A DNA stretch of 64,000 nt from Aureliella sp. (GTDB lineage Bacteria > Planctomycetota > Planctomycetia > Pirellulales > Pirellulaceae): assembly GCA_963691875.1 (NCBI GenBank), contig OY829846.1, positions 3,712,001 to 3,776,000 on the forward strand, read 5' to 3'. Of the stretch, positions 1-9,464 are shown in pieces. Numbering within the stretch: the stretch's first letter is position 1; the number at the start of each line of letters is the position of its first letter. The position numbers and the translations under genes are program-made. The notes below the pieces were generated by a model, which saw nothing but the letters and a program-made list of their open reading frames with translations, was not told where the DNA came from and ran no database searches.

Positions 1-124
1 CGGGCTCAGCACCACCATTCTTGGCCGCAACGTAGATTTGCTTACCGTATTTTGCGTAGAGCTTGGACTTGGAGGCGGCCGTTTTGGCCATCGACATCTT
101 GCGTACTTCGAAACTTCTACCCAT
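1..124 (-). CDS. yebC: YebC/PmpR (YeeN-type) family protein, 5' part only; runs off the window start
   Basis: Manual translation gives [41 protein letters not shown], the typical YeeN/YebC N-terminus. Confidence 0.85.
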   Translation of the reverse strand, partial: MGRSFEVRKMSMAKTAASKSKLYAKYGKQIYVAAKNGGAEP

Positions 125-447
125 CGCTAATTCTCAGTAAAATCCTATGCTGCGGCCCGCATCCCTAGTGGAATTTCGCTGTTCTTCACCACGTGTCAGA
201 CTTCAATTCTAAGATTCTTCTCGGCAATCGCTACCGGTTCCAACTAGCGTGTTTCAGCAAGGACTTACAAATCTGTGACTTTCTACCCGTGTCTGGCACT
301 GCAACTATACTAGCCAGGACGCCGTGGGCCGATAGCTAGCGCGACGCTATTACGGTACTGTCCGGACATTGGCCTGCCCGAAAGTCGTGACGACCTCCGC
401 TACTGACTCCGCAAACCAGTCTTCCACTTTTCCTAAGATTTGCTTCC

Positions 448-3400
448 GTGATGCAACAGATTTTTCGTCTTCGCACTGCTTTGTTCCTCGCTTGTCTGCT
501 AGTTTCCGCCTGTGCTCTTCAAGCTGCGGATCCTGAGTCCAAACGCCAACTCGAACACAAGGACTACGACGCTTGGAATTCAGTCCAAGCTTCCAGTCTT
601 TCACCCGATGGAAAATGGCTGAGTTATAGCATTGCCCCGGCCGAGGGTGACTCCAAGCTGTTCATTCGTCAGATTGACTCGACCAAGGAGTATTCAGTGC
701 TCCGCGGCGGCAGTGCTCGCTTCACCTACGACAGTAAGAAAGTTCTCTACACCGTTCGCCCCGACTCGAAGCTGATCGAGAAACTGCGGAAAGAAAAAAG
801 CGGCGGTCCAATGCCAACCAGCCACCTTGAGATTCTCGATCTGACCACTGGCGACGTCGAGACAATTGACGGAGTCAATAGCTACACACTCCCAGACGAA
901 AGCGGCGATTGGGTAGCCTTTCAATTGTCTTCGGACGCGAGCAAAAAAGTGCAGTCCGGTAGCGCGGCGCTGAACGAGACATTCCAGATTTCGGCTGAGG
1001 GAATCAATCGCCAACCGAAGAAACTCGAGTACCGCAAACCCAAGTCCAAGCCAGCTCCGAAATCGGAAAAGCCAGCTCCACCTAAGAAAGGCAAGAAGAA
1101 GGCTACTGGAAAGAAACCAACGGAGACCAAGCCACCTGCCAACAAGAAGACCAAACCAGTAGGACGCATGCTGGTCCTGCGAAGTCTCAAGACGGGAGTC
1201 GAGAGACGTGTTCCAGCCGTTAATGGTTATCGCTTCAATGAATCCGGAACCATGCTAACCTATCGCACTTCTGTCTCCAAGAACACGGACGCATCAGAAG
1301 AAGGCGTCTTTATCATGGATTTAGGAAAAATGACGACCGCGTCGATTCTCTCCGGCCGTGGCGAATACGGTTCCGCAGTGTTCAGCAAAGACGGAACGCA
1401 ACTCGTCTTCTTGTCCAACGTCGATGACTATGCATCGGAAGAACCAAAGTGGTCGGTCTATCACTGGAGAAAGGGGGCGAAGGCGGCCAAGGCGGTACTC
1501 ACTGCAGAGGCCAAGGGATTTCCAGCCGGCATGGTAATCTCTAGTTCGTCGACACCGTTGTTTTTAGAGCACGGAAAACGCATTTCGCTCCAGCTGAAAC
1601 CTGCACCTGAAAAGAAGGACGACAAGAAAGAAGACGATGACAAGGCCGTGCTCGACATCTGGCACTGGCAAGATCCTTTCCTGCAGCCGCAACAAAAGCT
1701 TCGAGCTTCAGCTGAACGCAATCGTACCTACCGCGGAATTGTAGAGTTGGGTAAGAGCAAGTCGCGGTTCATTGAGATCGAAACGAAAGACATTCCAGAT
1801 AGCTCCGTCGATCTGCGCAGCGACTCCAACTTGGTTCTGCTCACTTCCTCGCGGAAGTACGACAAAATGCTGTCCTGGGACATCCAAGGTTTCTCAGACT
1901 GGTACATCGTCGACCTGAAGTCAGGCAAACGCCGCATGGTGGCCGAAAAGAAACGCGGGCGCCCAAGTCTTTCCACAGATGGAAACTTTATTTACTGGTG
2001 GGACGGAGAAGCCAAGACTTGGTACTGCATGTCCTCGAAAGAAACGGATGCGGAGCCAATCGATCTTGGCGCGTCGATCCCTTTTCCACTGCACAACGAA
2101 TTGCATGACCAACCCTCGCTACCGAGCTCATACGGGCTGGTTGGTTGGACCGAAGACGATAAGGCGGCCATCCTTTACGATCGTTGGGATATGTGGAAAG
2201 TGGATCCGACTGGCAAGGAGAAAGCCGTCTCGATCACGAATCAACAAGGGCGCGAAACGCAGGTCGCTTACCGTGCTGTTCGGCTCGACCGTGAACAGCG
2301 CTACATCGACCTTAAACAAACTTCTTACCTGTCCCTGCTTGACCACAAGACAAAAGCAACGGGCTATGCGAAATGGGAAAGCAAGACTGAAGAGGAGAAA
2401 ACCAGCTTCTCAATTACTTCTCTGATCAAGCTTGACGAGGCTGTGGGAGGTCTACGTAAAGCGAAGCTTTCAGATCGCGTGATTTTTACTCGCTCCACAT
2501 TCCAGCGCTATCCTGACCTGTGGTCAAGTACATTGGCCTTCAAGACGACCAAGCGCTTGACGAAGGCCAATCCACAACAGGACGATTTCTACTGGGGCTC
2601 CGCCGAGCTGGTTCAGTGGAAAGCAAAGGATGGGCAGGAGCTCGATGGCATTCTTTACAAGCCTGAGAATTTCTCGCCAGATAAGAAGTACCCACTGATG
2701 GTTTACTTCTACGAGCGAAACTCCGACAACTTGCACCGATATTATTCTCCAGCTGCGGGTCGTTCGATCATCAACTTCAGCTTCTACGTCAGTCGCGGTT
2801 ACGTGGTCTTCGTACCAGATATTCCTTACAAGGTCGGCGAGCCTGGCCCGAGTGCCGCAAACGCAATTCTGCCTGGTGTCGATCACGTTGTTGAGCAAGG
2901 CTATATCGACGAAGAGCGGATTGGCATGCAGGGCCACAGCTGGGGTGGATACCAAACAGCCTATCTCGTGACAGTCACCAATCGCTTTGCCTGTGCCGAG
3001 TCTGGTGCACCGGTCAGCAACATGACCAGCGCCTATGGTGGCATTCGCTGGGGAACCGGCATGAGCCGTATGTTCCAGTACGAGAAGACCCAGAGTCGGA
3101 TTGGCGGCACTTTGTGGGAAGCTCGTGACAAGTACATCATGAACTCGCCACTGTTTGCTGCCGACAAGGTCGAAACACCGCTGCTGATCCTGCACAACGA
3201 CAAGGACACGGCAGTACCTTGGTATCAAGGCATCGAGCTATTCGTGGCACTGCGTCGACTAGAAAAACCAGCTTGGATGCTCAACTACAACGACGATCCA
3301 CACTGGGTGATGTCCGACGCCAATCGCATGGACTTTGCCAAACGCATGCAGCAATTCTTCGATCACTACCTCAAGGGTGATCCAATGCCTGTTTGGATGG

Positions 3401-3468
3401 CCGAAGGCGTTCCAGCCGTCGATAAAGGCAAGGCATTCGGCTTCGAGTACGTCCGACCGAAGAAATAG
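448..3468 (+). CDS. Exported S9 family prolyl oligopeptidase/dipeptidyl peptidase
   Basis: Signal peptide, beta-propeller region with a K/P-rich linker, nucleophile motif GHSWGG, and downstream Asp (DTAVPW) and His (DDPHW). Confidence 0.9.
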   Translation: MMQQIFRLRTALFLACLLVSACALQAADPESKRQLEHKDYDAWNSVQASSLSPDGKWLSYSIAPAEGDSKLFIRQIDSTKEYSVLRGGSARFTYDSKKVLYTVRPDSKLIEKLRKEKSGGPMPTSHLEILDLTTGDVETIDGVNSYTLPDESGDWVAFQLSSDASKKVQSGSAALNETFQISAEGINRQPKKLEYRKPKSKPAPKSEKPAPPKKGKKKATGKKPTETKPPANKKTKPVGRMLVLRSLKTGVERRVPAVNGYRFNESGTMLTYRTSVSKNTDASEEGVFIMDLGKMTTASILSGRGEYGSAVFSKDGTQLVFLSNVDDYASEEPKWSVYHWRKGAKAAKAVLTAEAKGFPAGMVISSSSTPLFLEHGKRISLQLKPAPEKKDDKKEDDDKAVLDIWHWQDPFLQPQQKLRASAERNRTYRGIVELGKSKSRFIEIETKDIPDSSVDLRSDSNLVLLTSSRKYDKMLSWDIQGFSDWYIVDLKSGKRRMVAEKKRGRPSLSTDGNFIYWWDGEAKTWYCMSSKETDAEPIDLGASIPFPLHNELHDQPSLPSSYGLVGWTEDDKAAILYDRWDMWKVDPTGKEKAVSITNQQGRETQVAYRAVRLDREQRYIDLKQTSYLSLLDHKTKATGYAKWESKTEEEKTSFSITSLIKLDEAVGGLRKAKLSDRVIFTRSTFQRYPDLWSSTLAFKTTKRLTKANPQQDDFYWGSAELVQWKAKDGQELDGILYKPENFSPDKKYPLMVYFYERNSDNLHRYYSPAAGRSIINFSFYVSRGYVVFVPDIPYKVGEPGPSAANAILPGVDHVVEQGYIDEERIGMQGHSWGGYQTAYLVTVTNRFACAESGAPVSNMTSAYGGIRWGTGMSRMFQYEKTQSRIGGTLWEARDKYIMNSPLFAADKVETPLLILHNDKDTAVPWYQGIELFVALRRLEKPAWMLNYNDDPHWVMSDANRMDFAKRMQQFFDHYLKGDPMPVWMAEGVPAVDKGKAFGFEYVRPKK

Positions 3469-3596
3469 ACCGCTGCGAACAGGAATTTGCCTGTCGGATC
3501 GAGCGCTCGCTTACACATTGGATGAAGCAATGCCGCTAGAGGCTCTGCTGGGTGAATTCCAGGAATTAAGCAGTTGGATTAGGCCTTCACACCGGC

Positions 3597-3877
3597 CTAT
3601 TCAAACAACTCCAGTACCTCGGCGCCAGTCATACCGACTCTCGCGTAGAGCTCGGCTGCAAGTGAGCTCACTGCTTGAACCTTGGCGACGAGCATGCTTG
3701 GTAGCTGTCGACGCCACGAACGACAGCGCCTGCGTCACCGTTGCGTTCAAACGAGTCCAGACTGAGATAGCCACAAGTCAAACAACCTTTGCTACCAGAA
3801 ATGACAAGCAATGGACGTGCTAGCTGATGCCGCGTTTTTTCGAACTTGGTCAGATCGATCTGAGGCTGGTCTTTCAT
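3597..3877 (-). pseudogene. YunC/DUF1805 family protein with a frameshift near 3697 (real lesion or sequencing error)
   Basis: PLLVISGSKGCLTCGYL...GAVVRGV is YunC-like. The expected C-terminus MLVAKVQAVSSLAAELYARVGMTGAEVLELFE* continues in another frame to the stop at 3597. Confidence 0.7.
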
Positions 3878-4059
3878 GAAGTACGCTCGCTTTGGTAGTG
3901 GACGAGGTTCCGCTTCTGGGAGCAGAGCCCATTTTTTTGGCGCCGCGCTCTGTCCCGCCGGCCCCGTCGACTGGGCGCTAAACGATGGAATCGCTTGCTC
4001 TGTCGCAACAGAACTGCTCCGCTGCAGCCTACAGATAAAATGGGGGACAGAAGCAAGAA

Positions 4060-4467
4060 CTAATCTCTTTGCTGGCTAAGATGCCCGACACTAGTTTGGA
4101 AGTACTTACGGCGGCGTGTCTGGGTTGACTCTTGCTTTTCAGTTCGCTGAGCCTGTAAGTCTTCCAAGTTTGCTTTGCACAAGCGACAGCCAATCGTTTC
4201 GAGATGAAAGCGAATGTAATCTTCGGTCTCAGGATCAATCGCCCCCAGGAGGAAGCTACCAAGCTGCTCACGCGAAGGACAACTGAGACGATTGCGACGC
4301 CAGATCTCGCCGATACCATGGACGCCCGCTTCGCGCATTCCGGCAACTTGTACTAACCGCTCGCGCAAGCCTTCCTCGCCACGCAGATCCCGTTCAATGG
4401 AAGCCATGACCTCAGGCGGTAAAGATTCGTCAAGGTAAGCCTGAAGTTGCTGATCAGAATAATTCAC
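4060..4467 (-). CDS. Hypothetical protein with an anti-sigma-like zinc-finger motif
   Basis: 135-aa ORF with two 'L-AYLD/FLLG' helices and the zf-HC2-like motif HLETIGCRLC. Confidence 0.6.
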   Translation of the reverse strand: MNYSDQQLQAYLDESLPPEVMASIERDLRGEEGLRERLVQVAGMREAGVHGIGEIWRRNRLSCPSREQLGSFLLGAIDPETEDYIRFHLETIGCRLCKANLEDLQAQRTEKQESTQTRRRKYFQTSVGHLSQQRD

Positions 4468-4685
4468 TCAAACTCTCGCGGAACAGTCTTGGTTTTAACT
4501 AGGAATACAAGTCACTCGTTTAACGCCCAGTCGGTGTCTGCGGCTCACGCGATATTTATCGACGTCGCCGTGACCGCGTAAGCAGCCGGGCTGCCGAAGA
4601 TCGGAAATGTGGAAGCAGTGAGTTTAGAAAGCTAAAAGCCCGGCTCACGTAACCCATCGCCACATGCTTGTGTCGAAACTTCATT

Positions 4686-5372
4686 CTACTCTACGTGTAC
4701 GACTTCTTCGTAGGGCTGGACGACAACAAATCCGTCGCCGGCAAATTCCATTTGAATCGACTCGCCGCTCCCACGACCAAAGAAGCTTTTGAGCGAAACA
4801 TCGGTCTTAAATTCGGGCTGCAAGTTGCCAGACCAAGCGATCGTCGCGTTCGGGTCGGTCCGGACCGGTTGCCCCGGGGTAACCCGTAAGGTAATGGGTT
4901 CAAAGTGGGAGGTGATCGCGATCATGCCGTGACCGGAAAGCCGCACGTTGAAAAATCCCGAGGCGACTAGTGCAGCAAGCTTTTTCATCATCTTGATTTC
5001 CCAGTCGATCGTCGGCTCAAGAGCTAGTAAGTCACTTCCGTTGACGATGATCGATTCGCCTTGAAGCTTCAGGATTTTGATCGTCTTACCAGAATCGGCC
5101 AAGTATAGACGGCCCTTGCCTTCGGCCTTGGTGAGCTTCGCACCCTCGCCGGTAACACTACGTTTCAACAAGGTTCCTAGGCCCTTGTCCAGCAAGCCTT
5201 CGCGAGTGAACTTCATCTGGCCAACATAGGCTACCATCGCACCTGCCTTCATCCAGACCAATCCGTCTAGATTGACCTCCAGCATGCGGTCACTTTCCAA
5301 AGTGAAATAGTCGTCGGCACTAGAGTCCTGGGCAGTCTGCTGAACAAACTCTTCGATAGTGAATCTAGACAT
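4686..5372 (-). CDS. AIM24 family protein
   Basis: Motifs KAGAMVAYVG, TGEG...GKGRLYLAD and GRGSGESIQMEFAGDGFVVVQPYE. Confidence 0.9.
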   Translation of the reverse strand: MSRFTIEEFVQQTAQDSSADDYFTLESDRMLEVNLDGLVWMKAGAMVAYVGQMKFTREGLLDKGLGTLLKRSVTGEGAKLTKAEGKGRLYLADSGKTIKILKLQGESIIVNGSDLLALEPTIDWEIKMMKKLAALVASGFFNVRLSGHGMIAITSHFEPITLRVTPGQPVRTDPNATIAWSGNLQPEFKTDVSLKSFFGRGSGESIQMEFAGDGFVVVQPYEEVVHVE

Positions 5373-5724
5373 CTTCTTGACTTTCGTGGGCTAGTGAGGT
5401 TTCAGGATGACTCGAAGGTGCGGCGAGATTTTCTACTTAATCTACTTTATCGAAAGCGCCGCGCCTCTATCTCAAGCTTCATATGCCTGTATACGAAAAG
5501 GACCATTTTACCCAAAGAACGTAAACTGGCTGGTATTTCTCGGCCGGGTGGAACGCGGGTAGGCAAAAAAAACTACGCAGTCGAAAGAGTGAGCTCGCAA
5601 CCCTGCCATGTGTTCGGGCCGCTAAAACCTAGCTTCCAACTAGATCGCGTCTAGCTCTCTGACCGCTACAACGGCCGCACCAATTCAGCTTTGAGGCGCG
5701 CGGCCGAGAAAGAGCTGGCGTATC

Positions 5725-6339
5725 TCATGCTTTGGAGACGTAGGCCGCAAGTGCAAAACCAGCCATCATGATGATCCAAACGAAGTCAAGAAAGTGCCAG
5801 TAGAGGGCGCAGAATCGAACCGCAAAGTGTCGCTCATGGTCGTACTTGTTACGCCGAAGACCTATGATCACCGTCGCCATGCCAGCTACCCCACCAACCA
5901 CGTGCAAGGCATGAATCACGACCAGAAAGAATGTAAGTCCGTACAAGCTCTTCATCGCCGGACCTGGCTTCTGCATCTGCTCGACCATATTAATGAGCCC
6001 GATGCTCTGCAGTGCGAAAAAGACCCCAGCCAAAATCGCCGCGATTATCACGTATCGCCCAAAGTCTACGCGGGCTTCTCTACGAATCGCACCGACAGAC
6101 AGATGCAACAAGATGCTGATCGCGATCAGGTTGACAGTAGTTAGCAAGAAGTTCCGCGGAAGGTAAAAAGGCTGTATGCCACTATTCTCCTCTTCCACCA
6201 GCGGAGCAACTCGTAGCATGACATAGATCGCATACAAAATCATGCAAGAGACGAAAAAGACTGCCAGCGAAACAAGGAACAACCAAGCTCCTTGCATCAG
6301 CCGCCGGTCTTCTTCAACAGGTTGGATTGGTAGGTTCAA
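5725..6339 (-). CDS. Cytochrome c oxidase subunit III family protein (orphan; start uncertain, ORF extends to 6426)
   Basis: Five hydrophobic helices with GAWLFLVS, HALHVVGG and ALYWHFLDFVW. Confidence 0.8.
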   Translation of the reverse strand: MNLPIQPVEEDRRLMQGAWLFLVSLAVFFVSCMILYAIYVMLRVAPLVEEENSGIQPFYLPRNFLLTTVNLIAISILLHLSVGAIRREARVDFGRYVIIAAILAGVFFALQSIGLINMVEQMQKPGPAMKSLYGLTFFLVVIHALHVVGGVAGMATVIIGLRRNKYDHERHFAVRFCALYWHFLDFVWIIMMAGFALAAYVSKA

Positions 6340-6418
6340 AATTTCTCTTTTCAGCTCGACGAAAGTTCTTAGGAGTTTCGCCACGGTTTTACAGTGTTTT
6401 TGGGAGTAGTCTGCGTAC

Positions 6419-7696
6419 TTAGGCATAGGGGTGATCGGCTCGTATCCACAAGCCCAACCCCGGATCGCTCACAAAGTAAAACTCTTCGCCGAGTTCATCG
6501 GTGTGCCAACCATTCGCTAGGCCTTCAACTCGATACTGTGCTTGCAACTGTTGCCAGTCACCGTACTGATAACCGACCGACTCGATTTCGTCCTGCAACA
6601 ATTCGCCGGGGGCATACAAAATCTCGAATCGCCCCTCCGAGGTTCCGTGGATCAAATGTGCTGCCGCACCCAAGTTGTCTTGCAAGTCCTCATTCTCCGC
6701 AACCAGCTCTAGCACTTCGCTAGTCTTACGGTAGCCGTATTTGCGGATCACTCTGTCGACAACCGCACTTTCCCCAAAACTCTTCACACCCGGGGCGATG
6801 ATCACAAGTCGTCCGCCGTCGCCGATTAGCATGCGAGTCCGGTAGATCGCTTTGTTCGCGAGCCAGGTACGCTTGTACTTTTTCGGGTCCATCGTCACTA
6901 CTACAGTTTTCGGCGTTCGCTCCACGACAAATCGATTTACCTTGGCGGAGAGCTCGCCTGCTGCGAAGAAGACTTCGTGAGAATCGCCTACGTAAATTCC
7001 GCGGACGACTTTACGAGCATCGGGCAAGGACTCGACGACTGTCAGAACGTACATCAGCGGCATGGATCCGCAAAACCGATCTTGTGCTTCATTCAGAATC
7101 CGACGGAGTGGCGTGTCGCAGCGTCCCATCGTGCGTTCCATACCATAGAGCGCACTCAAGTAGTGGCTCTCGTTGATCCCTTTGTCACCACCAGTACCGA
7201 CAAAAATGTTCTTGTTGTAGTTGGCCATTCCTACGACTTCGTGCGGAACAACTTGGCCCAGCGACAGGATCAGGTCGTGTCCGCCTTCGACTAACAACTT
7301 GTTGACTTGTGAAGTCCAAGGCTGATCGTAGATGCCTTCTGTAGCTTCACGAACAAAATCGGCGTCCACATCTCCCAAAGTGTGTACGTCGTTCTTCCAG
7401 TCGTGAATCCGAATCAGTTCACGCGGCAGGTCGCCGAACATGTACTGCAGTTCGTCTTCCGTCATCGGTGCGTGAGTGCCGAGAGCAGGCATTACGTCGG
7501 TTAGTCGCTCACCTAACATGTCGTGGGCCAGGCAGGTCAGCTCGCCTGCTCTACTGTCGCTGCGCGTATGGTCAGGTGGCAAAGCCAGGACGCGCTCGGG
7601 CGATCCCGCTGCATCAAAGGCCGCTTGGAGTGCTTCGCGAAAGTCCTGCTCTCCAAGCTCCGAGTGTTCGTCGCCCCGACTGAAGTAAATGCTCAT
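6419..7696 (-). CDS. Lactate racemase (LarA/DUF2088) domain protein
   Basis: Motifs PPDHTR, ALGTHAPMT, HDW and VVPHEVVGMANYNKNIFVG. Confidence 0.8.
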   Translation of the reverse strand: MSIYFSRGDEHSELGEQDFREALQAAFDAAGSPERVLALPPDHTRSDSRAGELTCLAHDMLGERLTDVMPALGTHAPMTEDELQYMFGDLPRELIRIHDWKNDVHTLGDVDADFVREATEGIYDQPWTSQVNKLLVEGGHDLILSLGQVVPHEVVGMANYNKNIFVGTGGDKGINESHYLSALYGMERTMGRCDTPLRRILNEAQDRFCGSMPLMYVLTVVESLPDARKVVRGIYVGDSHEVFFAAGELSAKVNRFVVERTPKTVVVTMDPKKYKRTWLANKAIYRTRMLIGDGGRLVIIAPGVKSFGESAVVDRVIRKYGYRKTSEVLELVAENEDLQDNLGAAAHLIHGTSEGRFEILYAPGELLQDEIESVGYQYGDWQQLQAQYRVEGLANGWHTDELGEEFYFVSDPGLGLWIRADHPYA

Positions 7697-7934
7697 CGTG
7701 TCTTCTTCGAAGTTTCTATATTATTTCGTTGTTATTCTTGTAGCCGAGATCTGCTCGCTCAACACGATTCTAGTCTGAGGCCCCCCTTTCTGGCAGAAGG
7801 CTATTAAAGCCGTCAAAACACTAGGTAGACGATTCTGCCAATGCACTCAGCGAAGTGGTGCTCGTTTATCCTAGCCGCAATGGACTGTCCGAGGCACGAA
7901 GCATAGCACGAGCGGTTTCAGTGTTGAGATGTGC

Positions 7935-9359
7935 TCAGGGAACGCGCAGGATCAAGTTTCGGATCTCGGTCATATCTTCCATGGCGAAACGGATACCCTC
8001 GCGACCGAGGCCGCTGTCTTTGACTCCACCATAAGGCATGTTGTCGACGCGCCAGGATGGCACATCGCCGATGACCACACCGCCGACGTTTAGCTTGTCC
8101 CAGGCAAGATGGGCTTTATAGATGTCGCGCGTGAAGATGCCGGCTTGTAAGCCAAAAATGCTGTCATTGACCTCGTCGAGCGCTGATTCGAAGTCGGAAA
8201 AAGTGCTTAGGACAGCCACAGGTCCAAAGGCTTCTTGAGTGCACACATCCTGATCCTTAGGGACATTCTCGAGCAAAGTCGCTTCCAGCATCGCACCCTC
8301 GCGCCTACCGCCGCAAAGGAGTGTTCCGCCTGCCGCCATAGCGGATTGGATCCACAGCTCAAGGCGAGTCGCTTCCTTTTCCGAGATCATGGGCCCGATA
8401 AAGGTTGATTCTTCTTGAGGATCGCCCGACACCAAAGCAGCTGCCTTCTCGACCAAACGCTGGCGGCATTCATCGTAGATACCTTGATGCACCATGATCC
8501 GCTGCACGCCGATACAGCTTTGCCCTGACTGATAAAACGCCCCGAAAATGATCCGCTGAATAGCGTCCTCTAAGTCCGCATCCTGATCGACGATACAAGC
8601 GGCGTTGCCGCCGAGTTCCAAAACCACTTTCTTTTTTCCAGCTCTTGATTTCAGATCCCAGCCAACTCTAGAGGAGCCCGTAAAACTTAGCAGTTTCAGC
8701 CTTTCGTCCGTCGTAAACAAATCCGCACCGTCACGCGAACAGGGCAAGATCGAGAACGCTCCGTCGGGTAGACCTGTTTCCGCCAAGACCTCGCCGATGA
8801 TCAAAGCACCCAGCGGAGTACGACTTGCCGGCTTCAACACAAAAGGACAGCCGACGGCAATTGCCGGTGCGACCTTGTGCGCTGCCAGATTCAGCGGGAA
8901 GTTGAAGGGACTGATGAAGGAGCATGGACCGATCGGTACGCGTTTCCAGGTCCCACGATAACCCTTGGCACGAGCAGAGATCTCCAAGTTTTGCACCTCG
9001 CCATGCATGCGGACCGATTCTTCAGCTGCGATGCGAAAAGTGTCGATCAGGCGAGAAACCTCGCCCCGCGAGTCCTTGATGGGCTTGCCCGCTTCGATGC
9101 AAAGAGACATCGCGAGCTCGTCGAATCGCTCTCGAAAGCGCTGAACGCAATGATCGAGCACGGCTTGTCGCTCATAAGGCGGCATTGCTGCCATGGCGGG
9201 TGCGGCAGCGTCTGCGGCGGCGATACCCGCATCGATCGCCGCAGCGTCGGCCAATGCAACTCTGAAAGCAACTTCACTCGTAAACTTGTCAGTGACTTCA
9301 AGATCTAAGTTCGGTTGCTGGGCCCGACTCGCGAGAAAGTAAGGCCATTCTGCTTGCAT
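7935..9359 (-). CDS. Aldehyde dehydrogenase
   Basis: Motifs SPFNFP, FTGS, LELGGN, catalytic Cys in GQSCIG, EAFGP and PYGGVKDSGLGREG. Confidence 0.95.
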   Translation of the reverse strand: MQAEWPYFLASRAQQPNLDLEVTDKFTSEVAFRVALADAAAIDAGIAAADAAAPAMAAMPPYERQAVLDHCVQRFRERFDELAMSLCIEAGKPIKDSRGEVSRLIDTFRIAAEESVRMHGEVQNLEISARAKGYRGTWKRVPIGPCSFISPFNFPLNLAAHKVAPAIAVGCPFVLKPASRTPLGALIIGEVLAETGLPDGAFSILPCSRDGADLFTTDERLKLLSFTGSSRVGWDLKSRAGKKKVVLELGGNAACIVDQDADLEDAIQRIIFGAFYQSGQSCIGVQRIMVHQGIYDECRQRLVEKAAALVSGDPQEESTFIGPMISEKEATRLELWIQSAMAAGGTLLCGGRREGAMLEATLLENVPKDQDVCTQEAFGPVAVLSTFSDFESALDEVNDSIFGLQAGIFTRDIYKAHLAWDKLNVGGVVIGDVPSWRVDNMPYGGVKDSGLGREGIRFAMEDMTEIRNLILRVP

Positions 9360-9372
9360 GTTTGCCTCGCTA

Positions 9373-9394
9373 TAGTGGGACTTGCCAGAATTCC
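9373..9394. repeat. REP-like palindrome copy 1
   Basis: TAGTGGGACTTGCCAGAATTCC, intergenic. Confidence 0.5.
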
Positions 9395-9464
9395 TTCGCC
9401 GGAAGTGGCGTGATTCGCTACTCGGTCTCTAGTTGGTCAGTGCCACTCGGGTTTGTTGAGTTGC

